Assembly: GCA_016204945.1 (NCBI GenBank)
Contig: JACQJQ010000100.1
Span: forward strand, 1 to 50,926
Reading direction: 5' to 3'
DNA: 50,926 nucleotides
Source: Elusimicrobiota bacterium
Lineage (GTDB): Bacteria; Elusimicrobiota; Elusimicrobia; UBA1565; UBA9628
A model generated the notes under the pieces. It did no database searches. It saw nothing but the letters and a program-made list of their open reading frames with translations, and was not told the DNA's origin. This document shows, piece after piece, positions 17,164 to 26,898 of this stretch (the first letter of the stretch is position 1; each line of letters starts with the position of its first letter). Position numbers and translations under genes: made by a program.

Positions 17164-18833
17164 TCCGGCACGCGCATCGCCGAGCTCTTCTCGATGCGCT
17201 TAAGCGCCGCGGACAGGTCGTCGTCCTCGGTCCAGGCATCGAACTCATCGAGAATTCCCGAGCTGCGAAGCACCCGCAGGGGCTGCTTCTGCAGGCCGCA
17301 GAGCAAGAGCGCGGTCCCGAGGCGCCGGCAGCGGGCCTGAAAGTCGCGCAGGGCGTGCTGGCCCGTGGCGTCCAGCACGGGAACGGCGCCCAGACGCAGG
17401 ATGAAGACCTTCGGCGGGTCTTGGATGTGGGAAAGGACCTGGCCCAACTTGTCCGCGGCGCCGAAAAAAAGCGGGCCGCTGACGTCGTAGACCTCGACGC
17501 CCACGGGCAAGGCGAGGCGCACCCGATTCGACTTTCCTCCCGCCTCCTCGTCGCCTCGGTCGGCGACCGCCGCGGCGACGGTGGTCATCTCGGCCATGCG
17601 CCGCATGAAGAGGAAGGCCGACAGGACCATCCCGATCTCCACCGCCGCCGTCAGGTCCACGAGGACCGTCAGCCCGAAGGTGGTCAGGAGCACCGCGACG
17701 TCCGAGCGCGGAGACTTCAGGAGGAAGGAGAAGGTGCGCCACTCGCTCATGTTGTAGGAGACGATGACGAGGATCGCGGCCAGCGAGCAGAGGGGAATGC
17801 GCGCCACCGCGGGGCCCGCGAAAAGGAGCACGCAGACCAGGACCACGGCATGCGCGATGCCCGCCACCGGCGTGCGGCCGCCGCTCTTGACGTTCGTGGC
17901 GGTGCGCGCGATGGCTCCGGTGACCGGAATCCCGCCGAAGAGCGGGGAGACCACGTTGGCGACGCCCTGGGCGACCAGCTCCATGCTGGAGCGGTGGCGG
18001 CCGCCGATCATCCCGTCGGCCACCACGGCCGAGAGCAAGGACTCGATGGCGGCCAGGAGGGCCACCACGGTCGCCGGACGCACCAAGGCCGCGACCGTCT
18101 TGAAATCCATCTCCGGCAGGCGCGGCGCGGGCAGGCCGCGGGGCAGGTCGCCGAAGCGCGAGCCGATGGTCTCCACGGGAAGGCCGAAGAGGGCCGCCGC
18201 CGCCGTGGCGAAGACGAGGGCCGCGAAGGGCGAGGGTATCTTCTTGGTCAGGCGCGGCAATAGGACGAGAACCGCGAGGGTCGCGGCGGAAAGCGCCATC
18301 GTCGGGCCGTCGGCGCTCGGCAAGGCATGGAGGTAGGCGCCCCATTTCTCCGCGAACTCGGGAGGAACCGCGTCCATGCGCAGGCCGAGGAGGTCCTTGA
18401 CCTGGGAGGAAAAGATGATGACCGCGATTCCGCTGGTGAAGCCCGTCGTGACGGGATAGGGGATCCACTTGATGAGGTTGCCCATCCGGCACAGGCCCAT
18501 GACGATGAGGATCACGCCGGCCATGATGGTGCAGACCGTGAGGGCGTCGCGCCCGTACTGATGGACGATGCCGTAGATGATGACCACGAAAGCCCCGGTC
18601 GGGCCGCCGATCTGGACGCGGCTGCCGCCCAAAAGCGAGATGAGGAATCCGCCGATGACCGCGGCGTAGAGTCCCTCGGCCGGGGTCACGCCCGAGGCGA
18701 TGCCGAAGGCCAAGGCGAGCGGGATGGCGACCACCCCGACGATGAGGCCGGCGATGAGATCTTTGACGAGTTGGGCCCGATCATACGACTTGAAGGTGGC
18801 GACGATCTTGGGCGTCAGGAATGCCGGAGTCAT
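17160..18833 (-). CDS. SulP family anion (sulfate/bicarbonate) permease with C-terminal STAS domain
   Basis: 557 aa, polytopic. N-terminal DLIAGLIVGVVAIPLALAFGIASGV. C-terminal STAS-like VYDVSGPLFFGAADKL .. ILRLGAVPVLDATG. Confidence 0.85.
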   Translation of the reverse strand: MTPAFLTPKIVATFKSYDRAQLVKDLIAGLIVGVVAIPLALAFGIASGVTPAEGLYAAVIGGFLISLLGGSRVQIGGPTGAFVVIIYGIVHQYGRDALTVCTIMAGVILIVMGLCRMGNLIKWIPYPVTTGFTSGIAVIIFSSQVKDLLGLRMDAVPPEFAEKWGAYLHALPSADGPTMALSAATLAVLVLLPRLTKKIPSPFAALVFATAAAALFGLPVETIGSRFGDLPRGLPAPRLPEMDFKTVAALVRPATVVALLAAIESLLSAVVADGMIGGRHRSSMELVAQGVANVVSPLFGGIPVTGAIARTATNVKSGGRTPVAGIAHAVVLVCVLLFAGPAVARIPLCSLAAILVIVSYNMSEWRTFSFLLKSPRSDVAVLLTTFGLTVLVDLTAAVEIGMVLSAFLFMRRMAEMTTVAAAVADRGDEEAGGKSNRVRLALPVGVEVYDVSGPLFFGAADKLGQVLSHIQDPPKVFILRLGAVPVLDATGQHALRDFQARCRRLGTALLLCGLQKQPLRVLRSSGILDEFDAWTEDDDLSAALKRIEKSSAMRVPE

Positions 18834-19852
18834 CGCAGGGACGGGTCGGACTGCAGGGCGGTCACGCAGGCCATGTCGACGATGTCTTCGACGGAGGCGC
18901 CGCGCGAGAGGTCGTTGACGGGCTTGGCGAAGCCCTGCATGATCGGTCCCAGCGCCGAGGCTCCCGTCAGGCGCTGGACCAGCTTATAGCCGATGTTGCC
19001 GCTCTGCAGGTCCGGAAACACCAGGACGTTCGCGCGTCCCGCGACCCTCGAGCCGGGGAATTTCTTCCGGCCGATTTCGGGCACGAGCGCCGCGTCGGCC
19101 TGCATCTCGCCGTCGATGGCCAAGTCCGGCGCCTTCTCCTTGGCGATGCGCACGGCCTCCTTGACGGCCGCGGCCAGCTCGTGCTCCGTCGAGCCGTTCG
19201 TCGAGAAGGACAGGAACGCGACGCGCGGCTCGATGCCGGCCAGAACCTTCGCCATGCGCGCCGAGGAGATGCCGATCGCGGCGAGCTTCACCGGCACGGG
19301 ATCGATGTTGATCGCGCAGTCGCCCATGATCAGCACGCCCTCGTCGCCCTGCTCCGGGCTCGGGAAGATCATGATGAAGAAGCTCGAGATCGTGCGCACG
19401 CCGGGTGCGGGCTTGATGATGTGCAGGGCGGGCCTGACCGTATCGGCCGTCGCGTGGTCCGCGCCCGACAGGAAGCCGTCGACGCGGTCGTTGTGGAGCA
19501 TCATCACGCCGTAAACGAGGGGCTCGGCCACCGCCTTCCTGGCCTCCTCCGCGGTGATCCCCTTGTGCTTGCGCAGCTCGTGGTACTGCGCGGCGTACTC
19601 GGCGAACTTCGCGTCCTCGACGGGACGCACGATCTCGATGCCGGAAAGGTCCGTTCCGTTTTCCGCCGCCGTCCTGCGGGCCGCCTCGGGGTCGCCGAGG
19701 AGAATCGGGATGCAGAGGCCCTCTCTCCTCAGGATCGACGCGGCCTTGAGCGTCCGTTTTTCCTCGCCCTCGGGCAGGACGATTTTTTTCTTGAGCGCGG
19801 CGGCCTTGCGGCGGATGTCTCCGATGATGTCGCGCTTCAAAACGGCGGTCAT
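18830..19852 (-). CDS. pta: phosphate acetyltransferase
   Basis: Start MTAVLKRDIIG. KKKIVLPEGEEKRTLKAA, DGFLSGADHATADTVRPAL, LSFSTNGS, VFPDLQSGNIGYKLVQR. Confidence 0.9.
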   Translation of the reverse strand: MTAVLKRDIIGDIRRKAAALKKKIVLPEGEEKRTLKAASILRREGLCIPILLGDPEAARRTAAENGTDLSGIEIVRPVEDAKFAEYAAQYHELRKHKGITAEEARKAVAEPLVYGVMMLHNDRVDGFLSGADHATADTVRPALHIIKPAPGVRTISSFFIMIFPSPEQGDEGVLIMGDCAINIDPVPVKLAAIGISSARMAKVLAGIEPRVAFLSFSTNGSTEHELAAAVKEAVRIAKEKAPDLAIDGEMQADAALVPEIGRKKFPGSRVAGRANVLVFPDLQSGNIGYKLVQRLTGASALGPIMQGFAKPVNDLSRGASVEDIVDMACVTALQSDPSLR

Positions 19853-19856
19853 GCCC

Positions 19857-20369
19857 CTAAGGATAGCGAATCGCGCCCTTGGTCGGCAACCAGCGATCGG
19901 CCGCGGCCAGGTGCTCGGCCTCGTCATCGGCGATGCGGCCGAAGATGGCGGCCGTGACCGGATCTCGGTCGGCCAAGGAACGGCGGAAGCTCTCCTCGGC
20001 GGCCCGCCCTCGGGCCTCGGCCTCGCGCATCGCGGCCGCGAACTCCGGAGCGGTCCTGCTTGCGGTCAGGCGCCGCCACAGACGATCGGAGACGGGCCGG
20101 CCGTCGACCCTCACGCCGAGTTCGGCCATGCGCCCGAGCAGAAGATCGAGGTGCGCTTCCTCCTCGCGGCCGATGCGCCGCCACGCCGCGCGCAGTTCGA
20201 CGGATGCGTCGGTCAAATTCTCCGCGGCCCACAGGAATGCCGCGAAGGCCTGGCGCTCGGCGAAGGCCGCCGTGCGCAGGCGGTCGCCCAAGCCGTCAGG
20301 CCCGCCCATGCCGCGCGCCGACGGCGCGTAGTCGTCCGGAGCGCAAACGACGAAAGGCCGCCAATCCAT
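19857..20369 (-). CDS. ferritin-like di-iron protein (DUF455-like, short)
   Basis: Two ExxH boxes, GREEEAHLDLLLGRMAELG and ADDEAEHLAAA, plus RPVSDRLW as in DUF455-type proteins. Confidence 0.45.
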   Translation of the reverse strand: MDWRPFVVCAPDDYAPSARGMGGPDGLGDRLRTAAFAERQAFAAFLWAAENLTDASVELRAAWRRIGREEEAHLDLLLGRMAELGVRVDGRPVSDRLWRRLTASRTAPEFAAAMREAEARGRAAEESFRRSLADRDPVTAAIFGRIADDEAEHLAAADRWLPTKGAIRYP

Positions 20370-20422
20370 GACCCATGATAGCCAAAAAGAGTTCGGCGCC
20401 GTGCTCCTCTTTTTCCAGCAGG

Positions 20423-20623
20423 CTAGGGGCGTCGGCCCAGCTTGCCGCCGGCGAAGCGGTCACGATCGAGCGAGCGGGTTTTGCGGCGGGAGAGCCCGTA
20501 CCAGGCCAGCGCGCAGACCGCGCACAGCGCGAGCCGCCCCGGCGTCGCGCCCCTGAACAGCACGGCCAGCAAAGCCGCCGCGGCCGCGGGAAGGAGGGCC
20601 CAACGCAGGCGGTCGAGCGTCAT
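20423..20623 (-). CDS. hypothetical small membrane protein (two predicted TM helices)
   Basis: 66-aa ORF starting 7 nt after the upstream stop, with hydrophobic helices LLPAAAAALLAVLF and LALCAVCALAWYGL. No recognisable family. Confidence 0.3.
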   Translation of the reverse strand: MTLDRLRWALLPAAAAALLAVLFRGATPGRLALCAVCALAWYGLSRRKTRSLDRDRFAGGKLGRRP

Positions 20624-20629
20624 GCGCCG

Positions 20630-21010
20630 CTACAGAGCGTCGGACTCGGCCTTCTTCTCGGCGCAGCTCTCCTGAGGACCGCAGGCGCCGAGCCCCTCCG
20701 TCAGCCCGGTCTTGGGCGGCTCGGAACGCTTCTTTTTCGTCGCGGGCGCCTTTTTCTCGTCCGCGCGGATAGGCTCTCCCTTCTCATCGAACTTATAGGC
20801 CGAAGTCTGGGAGGGCTCGCGGGATTTATACTTGGACCGGTCGTAATCGTAGGGCTTCCGTTTCGCGGGCGCCTTCTTCGCTTTCTTCCTCGCCGGCTTC
20901 GGGGCGGGCCTCGCCTCCGCGGCCCCGATGGACTCGCCCTCGGCGCGCGCGGGAGGCGCGAAGAGGACGAGCGAAGCGGCCAGGGCAAGGAGAAATCGTC
21001 GCGGTGTCAT
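20630..21010 (-). CDS. hypothetical secreted Lys-rich protein
   Basis: Start MTPRRFLLALAASLVLFAPPARA (signal peptide), followed by low-complexity K/P/A/E-rich sequence. The ATG overlaps the rlmM stop. Confidence 0.45.
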   Translation of the reverse strand: MTPRRFLLALAASLVLFAPPARAEGESIGAAEARPAPKPARKKAKKAPAKRKPYDYDRSKYKSREPSQTSAYKFDEKGEPIRADEKKAPATKKKRSEPPKTGLTEGLGACGPQESCAEKKAESDAL

Positions 21011-21975
21011 GCTCGTAGTATAGCGCGCTCGCCAACGAGGGTCAACTCCTCGCGGTCGTGGAACAGGTGGCGCGCGCGCAGAAGCGAGCATCGGGAGCGC
21101 AGCGCCAGCGCGCCTCTCAAGACGCGCAGCGGATCGCGGCGCGCGAACTTCAGATTGACGATGAAACGGCGGCACCAACCCCGGTCGAGCCAGCGCGCGA
21201 GAAGGTCCGTGACGCGGTCGGGGTCCTCCACCATGTCGCAAAACAGCCAGGCCGCCTCCTTCTCCGGCGCGTACTTGAAGGCGTCCTCCGCCCTATGCTC
21301 GATGCCGGGGTGGACCGCGCCGCCCTTGAGCGGGCCGTTGTCGACGGCGACGACCAGCGCCCCGCGCTTGGCCGCGCTGTAGCTCCAGCCGCCGGGAGCG
21401 GCGCCAAGGTCCGCGACCGTCTCGCCCTCGGCGGGCTCGCGCCCGATAATCCCGTAGGCCTCCTCGATTTTCAGGTACGAGCGCGACGGGGCTTGAGGGT
21501 CGTCGGCCATCCGCTTCTGGCCGCCGAAAACCGCGTCGCGCGCGACGTAGGCGCGGCCGAAGTCCGGCAGGTAGGCGAAGAGGCCTCGCGCCGGCCCGAG
21601 CCCCGGGCGGCCGCGCACGGCGAGCCTCGCGACGCGCGACATGCGCCCCCTCACGCGGGCGAGGCATTCCTCCGCGGCCGTCTTCGCGCGGCGGCTCAAC
21701 CCGGCCTCGCCCGCCGACTCGACGCAGAACGGCCACGGGGCGTCGAAACGTTCGCCGCGCGCGGACGCGGCGAAGTGATCCGCCATCGCGCCGGCCAGCG
21801 CGTTCAAGGATTTTCCCGCGACCTCGACCGGGGCCTTCATGGACACGTGCGCGAAGCACGGTTCCCCCGCGCCCTCGGGGCCGAGCACCCAGCCGGCTCC
21901 CGCCTTCTCCGCGGCGCCCCCGAGCTCCTTGACGAGAAAGGCCTCGTAGCCCGCCTGGCAGAGGTGCAGCGTCAC
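21007..21975 (-). CDS. rlmM: 23S rRNA (cytidine2498-2'-O)-methyltransferase RlmM
   Basis: GTG start VTLHLCQAGYE. SRSYLKIEEA, DLGAAPGGWSY, VDNGPL, LFCDMVEDP, GWCRRFIVNLKF and HLFHDREELT match E. coli RlmM block by block. Confidence 0.85.
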   Translation of the reverse strand: MTLHLCQAGYEAFLVKELGGAAEKAGAGWVLGPEGAGEPCFAHVSMKAPVEVAGKSLNALAGAMADHFAASARGERFDAPWPFCVESAGEAGLSRRAKTAAEECLARVRGRMSRVARLAVRGRPGLGPARGLFAYLPDFGRAYVARDAVFGGQKRMADDPQAPSRSYLKIEEAYGIIGREPAEGETVADLGAAPGGWSYSAAKRGALVVAVDNGPLKGGAVHPGIEHRAEDAFKYAPEKEAAWLFCDMVEDPDRVTDLLARWLDRGWCRRFIVNLKFARRDPLRVLRGALALRSRCSLLRARHLFHDREELTLVGERAILRA

Positions 21976-22811
21976 CCGAACAGATACTGCTTCATGCAGT
22001 ACACGCTGCCCCCCGACTTGATGAACTCGGAGGTGTCCACCTCGACGACCTCGAGACCCATCGCGCGCATGTGCCCCGACGCGGCGCCGGCCCCCTTCTG
22101 CATGACGGCGGTCTTCGAGCGCCATACCGCGGCGTTGCAGGCCATGCGCGAGACGGCGTCGGACTCGGAGGCGGTGACGACGATCGGGAATATCTTCAGG
22201 ATCAGCTCGAGGCTCGCCGCGTCGAAGGCCGAAGGGTAGATGAGGACCGCCTCCGGCGTCAGAGGACAAAAGCATGTGTCGAGGTGGTAGAACCTCTCGT
22301 TGACCAGCTTGAGCTGGATGACGGGGGTCTTGAAGGTTTCCGCGACCTGCTCGAACATCCCGGGGTCGGTGCGGAAGCCGTGGCCGCCCCAGATCAAGCG
22401 CTTGCCCGGATGCCACACGGCGTCGCCGGAGCCCTCGAAAGTTTCGTGGCCGCCTGATTTGGTGCGCGCGACGCGGTAGCCGTGAGCCTCGTACCAGGAC
22501 GCGAAGGCCTCGGTCTCCCGGCGCCGGGACGCGTGGCGCATCGAGGAGATCAAGGCGACCTTTTCACCGTCGGGGCGCGTGCCCGTCAAGGATGAGTTGG
22601 CGGCGAAGACCATGTCCTCCAGGCCGGGCGTAGGGGGAATGACGGAGACGGGACAACCCGCGGCCCGGAACGCGGCGGCCAGCTCGGCCCATTGCTTCAT
22701 GGCCTTTTCGCGATCCGCGGCGCCGACGTGGCGGGCCATGTACGGGTTGTTCGCGGACAGTATCTGGAAATGGTCCGGAGGACACATCAAAACGCCCGAC
22801 GGCTCGTCCAT
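21972..22811 (-). CDS. amidinotransferase-superfamily hydrolase (DDAH / arginine-deiminase-related)
   Basis: Start MDEPSGVLMCPPDHF. FYHLDTCFCPL, and a C-terminal catalytic-Cys motif GGSVYCMKQ. Confidence 0.65.
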   Translation of the reverse strand: MDEPSGVLMCPPDHFQILSANNPYMARHVGAADREKAMKQWAELAAAFRAAGCPVSVIPPTPGLEDMVFAANSSLTGTRPDGEKVALISSMRHASRRRETEAFASWYEAHGYRVARTKSGGHETFEGSGDAVWHPGKRLIWGGHGFRTDPGMFEQVAETFKTPVIQLKLVNERFYHLDTCFCPLTPEAVLIYPSAFDAASLELILKIFPIVVTASESDAVSRMACNAAVWRSKTAVMQKGAGAASGHMRAMGLEVVEVDTSEFIKSGGSVYCMKQYLFG

Positions 22812-22873
22812 CGACGGGCAGTTCCTCAGGGAAAAACCCTTGAGATCGGAAATGCCGCGGTATAAGTTGGCGC

Positions 22874-24139
22874 TCACTCGAAGTGCTCCCGAGTGAACCG
22901 TTCGGCCAGCTCCTCGTCGGCCATCTCCTCGGGCTCGCCGGACCCGCCCGCTCGGACGACGCGCGCGCGCCCCCTCCCCGCCCAAGTGACGCCCCAAGCC
23001 TCCCGCACCGACACGCCGAGCGGCTCGGCGCGGTGGACGACGGGAATCAGCAGCAGGGGGCGGCGCCGCGCCGCGCGTCCGACGAGGAGGCGGAACAGCC
23101 GGCGGCGCGAGGGCGTTTCCCGCGTCATGTCACTCGACAGTTCGGCGAGCAGGGCGGCGCGGGCCCGCTCAGGGACCCGCAGGCAACCGAGAGCCGCGCA
23201 AGCCGCCGACTCGGCCGTCTCGCCCGGCATGAGCCCCGCGGCGGCGGTCATGAGCCAAGCCTCGATCATGCGCCAGGGGCCGCGCGGAAGCGGCGCGTGC
23301 GCGACGACGGCTTTCTCAAAACGCGCGAACGACTCGTCGGCGCGCAGGCATGCGAGCGCCCGCGCGGGATCGGCCGGGAACGCGGCGGCCGCGCGCGCGC
23401 GGCGCGCCCACTCGCGCGCGCCGTACAGCACGCGGCCCGTCGAGGGGACCCCCCCGGACTGCACCATGCCGACCTCCCGGCCTTCGCCCAAGAACCTGAA
23501 GAGGCGCAGCGGCATGCGGTCCCAACGAGCCTGGGGCGACATGAGAGGGCCGAGGTGCCCGCGGCCCAGCGCCAAACGGTCGATGCCCAAATGAAAGCTC
23601 CCCATGAAGCCCGCGTACAATCCTTCCTCCAGAACCCCGATCGTGTCAAGGGCGAATGGGTCGATAGCAACGACGAGACGCGGGCGGCACGGACGGCCGC
23701 GAATCTCGCGCAGGGCCAAGATCGCGTGCCGCATGAGCTCGAAGTTCAGGTGGGAGAGTTCTCCCATGACCGGCGGATGCGAGAGCATCGCGAGCAAGGC
23801 GGGGGATCGGCCCGATTCTTTCTCCAGGCGCGCGGCCAACGCTCGGGCCGCGACGATCGCGGGCGCTTCCGAGTCGAACGGGCGCGCGCGCCCGTCGGCC
23901 AGGCTCAGGAGCGCCTTGTCATGGATGCAGACCGTCCAGTCGGGCGGCGCGAGCTCCAACATGGCCGCCGCCGACATGCCGAGCGCGCGCGCGAAAGGCT
24001 CCGCGAAAATGCGCAGGAGCTCCGATTTGGCGGGGAGGACCGCGCCCTCGAGCGCGAGCTGGCTCTCGTAGGCTTTCGTCACGGCGCGCATCAGGTCCTG
24101 GGCGGTGCCGGTGTGCGCGGACGGGTAGGCGGATGCCAT
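22874..24139 (-). CDS. hypothetical protein (421 aa), no family recognised
   Basis: Protein-like composition, in contrast to the R/G/P-rich plus-strand ORF 22883..24154. The start codon follows a TAGAGT box by 8 nt. Confidence 0.5.
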   Translation of the reverse strand: MASAYPSAHTGTAQDLMRAVTKAYESQLALEGAVLPAKSELLRIFAEPFARALGMSAAAMLELAPPDWTVCIHDKALLSLADGRARPFDSEAPAIVAARALAARLEKESGRSPALLAMLSHPPVMGELSHLNFELMRHAILALREIRGRPCRPRLVVAIDPFALDTIGVLEEGLYAGFMGSFHLGIDRLALGRGHLGPLMSPQARWDRMPLRLFRFLGEGREVGMVQSGGVPSTGRVLYGAREWARRARAAAAFPADPARALACLRADESFARFEKAVVAHAPLPRGPWRMIEAWLMTAAAGLMPGETAESAACAALGCLRVPERARAALLAELSSDMTRETPSRRRLFRLLVGRAARRRPLLLIPVVHRAEPLGVSVREAWGVTWAGRGRARVVRAGGSGEPEEMADEELAERFTREHFE

Positions 24140-24179
24140 TCGTTTCTACTCTAACAAAAAAATATGATAGCTTCTGGAG

Positions 24180-25541
24180 ATGATCGTCCTCGCTCTCGCC
24201 TCCCTGCTCGCGCTGTCCGGTCCCGCTCGCGCCGCCGCGCCCTCCAAAGGCTACGTCGTGAAGGTCGACGGCGCCCAGGTCTGGCTCGATCTGACGGCCG
24301 CGGACGGCGCCGTCCCGGGCCGCGGCTTCCAGGTGTACGAGGAAGGCGAGGACCTCAAGCATCCCGTGACCGGCGAGCAGCTCGGCAAGGCCGAAAAGAA
24401 TATCGCCGAAGGCAGGATCGAGCTGGTCTCCGAGAAGCACTCTCTGGGACGGACCGCCGCGCGCCCCCTCTCCGGGCCCGTGCCCCTGGTCCGCGCCGGC
24501 CAGCGCGCGCGCCTCGCGGCCGCCTCGGCCGCGCCCGACGCCCCGGCCGCGCCCGCCTCGCCGCGCCGGCCCGGCGAGGCGGACCTGCGCGCTCCCCGGT
24601 CGCGCGGGGCGTCCCTGCCGTTCGTCGTCACCGGGATGGCGGTCGCGGATTTCGACGGGGCCGGCAAGCCGCAGATCGTTCTGTCCGATGACAAGGCCTT
24701 CCGGCTGTACGCCTATCCCGCCGCGGAAAACAAGGTTCTGGCGCAGGGCGAACTGCCCGGGACCGGGGTCCGCATCCTGTCCCTGGAAGCGGCCGACCTC
24801 GACGGCGACAAAAAATGCGAGCTCTACGTCTCCGCGTACAACGAGCAGTTCCGCCGCCTGGAAACGTCCGTTTACGCGCTCGACGCGGGCAAGTGGACCA
24901 AGACCGCGGACCTCCCCATGCTCGTGCGCGCGCATCAGAACGAAAAAGGCGAGCGCGTCGTCGCCTCCCAGCAGATCCAAGACGACAAGACGTTCCCGTT
25001 CGGCGCGGTGTACCCCTTGCTGTACAAGGACGGCCGCTACGCGCAGGGCCGCCCGAAGCTCAACCCCAAGCGCGCCGACTGGCTGTACGGCTTCACCTAC
25101 GCCCAGCTCGACGCGGCGGGCGAACCCGCCGCGCTGTACCTGACCAGCGTCAACAGCCTGCGCGCGCAGTTCGCCAAGGGTCATTGGCGCTCCGCGGAGA
25201 GCTTCGGCCAGAGCCCGACCCGCGTGCGCTGGCATGACCACCTGCTCGAATTCCATCCGGCCATGCTCGCGACGTACGGCCCCAAGGGCTTCGACAAGCT
25301 CTACATCGTACGCAACCTCGCCATGCTCGGCGGCCTCGCCAATCCCTTCGGTCTGTTCAACGGCGGGGAACTGCACGCCAAGAACTGGACCGGCGTGGCC
25401 TTCGAGACGGCGTGGAAGGCCGAGCTCGGCGGCTCGTCCTCGGGTTTCGCCCTGGTCGAGCCCGAGGCCGGCCGCCGGGAGCTCGCCGTCGCCGTCGCGG
25501 GGTCGACCGGCAAGTCCGCGGTCTGGACTTTCGACCCCTAG
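24180..25541 (+). CDS. secreted FG-GAP/VCBS-like repeat protein
   Basis: Signal peptide MIVLALASLLALSGPARA. Motifs ADFDGAGKPQIV and ADLDGDKKCELYV. Confidence 0.55.
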   Translation: MIVLALASLLALSGPARAAAPSKGYVVKVDGAQVWLDLTAADGAVPGRGFQVYEEGEDLKHPVTGEQLGKAEKNIAEGRIELVSEKHSLGRTAARPLSGPVPLVRAGQRARLAAASAAPDAPAAPASPRRPGEADLRAPRSRGASLPFVVTGMAVADFDGAGKPQIVLSDDKAFRLYAYPAAENKVLAQGELPGTGVRILSLEAADLDGDKKCELYVSAYNEQFRRLETSVYALDAGKWTKTADLPMLVRAHQNEKGERVVASQQIQDDKTFPFGAVYPLLYKDGRYAQGRPKLNPKRADWLYGFTYAQLDAAGEPAALYLTSVNSLRAQFAKGHWRSAESFGQSPTRVRWHDHLLEFHPAMLATYGPKGFDKLYIVRNLAMLGGLANPFGLFNGGELHAKNWTGVAFETAWKAELGGSSSGFALVEPEAGRRELAVAVAGSTGKSAVWTFDP

Positions 25542-25543
25542 GC

Positions 25544-25936
25544 ATGGGCGGCCGCAAGATTCTCGTCGTGGACGACGACCCGTCGATCCGCGAGATTCTT
25601 TCCATCCAACTGACGCGGCTCGGCTACGAGGTCACGACGGCCGAAGACGGACTCGAGGCCGTCGCGGCCTTCAAGTCCGCCGCGCCCGACGCGATCCTGC
25701 TGGACCTCATGATGCCGCGGGTCGACGGGCTCGCCACCTGCCGGCAGATACGCGCGCTTGAAAAAAAAGCCGGCGCGAAGCGCACTCCCGTCCTCTTCCT
25801 CACGGCGCGCGACTCGACGCACGACAAAACCAGCGCGGCGCTCTCCGGCGGAGACGAGTTCGTGCCCAAGCCCGTCAGCATCCAGGAACTGCGCGACCGC
25901 CTCGAGGCCGTCTTCCTCAAAAAGGGAAAGCCGTGA
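25544..25936 (+). CDS. single-domain CheY-like response regulator
   Basis: KILVVDDDPSIRE, DAILLDLMMPRVDG, LFLTARD, FVPKPV. Confidence 0.85.
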   Translation: MGGRKILVVDDDPSIREILSIQLTRLGYEVTTAEDGLEAVAAFKSAAPDAILLDLMMPRVDGLATCRQIRALEKKAGAKRTPVLFLTARDSTHDKTSAALSGGDEFVPKPVSIQELRDRLEAVFLKKGKP

Positions 25937-26898
25937 TCGGCGCGGCCTTTCTCCTGGCGCTCGCGGCCTCTCCGGCCGCGTCGTCGGGCTTCGGCAACGC
26001 CTCGATGGGGAGCAAGCCGTACGGCGTCCTGCTCCTCGCCTCCGACGCGGGCGGAGCGTGGAAGACCGAGCTCGGCGCGCTTCGCTCGCAGCTGCGCGGC
26101 GTCGCCGTCGAAAGCGTCGAGTCCGCCGGAGACGTCGTCGCGATCCAGCGAGGCCTCGACCGGCTCAAAAGCCAGCACGTGACGAAGGTCGTCGCGGTCC
26201 CGCTCGAGCTCGTCGCCGAGTCGCCCGTCATGGACGAGCTGCGTTATCTGTTCGGAATCCGGGAGGAGCCGGCGCGCGACAGGCCCGACGCCCCGCGCCC
26301 GGGCATGGCGCCGGTCAAATCCGCGAATAAGAGCTCTCTGGTCTTCCCGGGCCGCGGCCCCAGGCGCCTCAAGAGCGAGTCCGAGCTCGTCCTCGCCGCC
26401 ACGATCGACAAGTCGCCCGCGCTCGCCGGCATATTAGCCGACCGCGCGAGGACCCTCGCGCGCGACCCGGCCAAGGAGTCCGTGGTGCTCGTGGGGATCG
26501 CCCCCCGCTCGGACAAGGGCCTGGAAGCCTGGAAGACGGCGGCGGCGGCGATCGCCGAGTCCATCCGCGTCAAGGGCGGCTTCCGCGAGGCCGCGATCAT
26601 CTGGGTGCGCGACGGCACGCGCGCCGGCCAGCAGGACAAGGATCGAGAATCGAACAAGGCGACTTTGCGCCGCCTCGCGACGCAGGGCGGCGTCGTGGCG
26701 GTGCCCCTCGCCCCCGACGGCCGCCGCGTCGAGAAGCTTCTTCGGCGCCAGCTCGGCTCCGCCGGCTACCGCTGGAACGGCAAGGGCTTGATCGGCGACC
26801 CGCGCCTGGCCGACTGGATCGTCTCGATTTCGAAATCCGCGTCCGCCCTTCCCGACGTCAGACAGTATCGAGACAACGCTCCAGGAGGATTCCGATGA
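25933..26898 (+). CDS. exported protein with two CbiX-like (class II chelatase fold) halves that lack the usual His residues
   Basis: GTG start overlaps the response-regulator stop. Signal-like N-terminus. Repeated pattern VLLLAS..KVVAVPLELV and VVLVGIAPRS..VVAVPLAPDG. Confidence 0.35.
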   Translation: MIGAAFLLALAASPAASSGFGNASMGSKPYGVLLLASDAGGAWKTELGALRSQLRGVAVESVESAGDVVAIQRGLDRLKSQHVTKVVAVPLELVAESPVMDELRYLFGIREEPARDRPDAPRPGMAPVKSANKSSLVFPGRGPRRLKSESELVLAATIDKSPALAGILADRARTLARDPAKESVVLVGIAPRSDKGLEAWKTAAAAIAESIRVKGGFREAAIIWVRDGTRAGQQDKDRESNKATLRRLATQGGVVAVPLAPDGRRVEKLLRRQLGSAGYRWNGKGLIGDPRLADWIVSISKSASALPDVRQYRDNAPGGFR

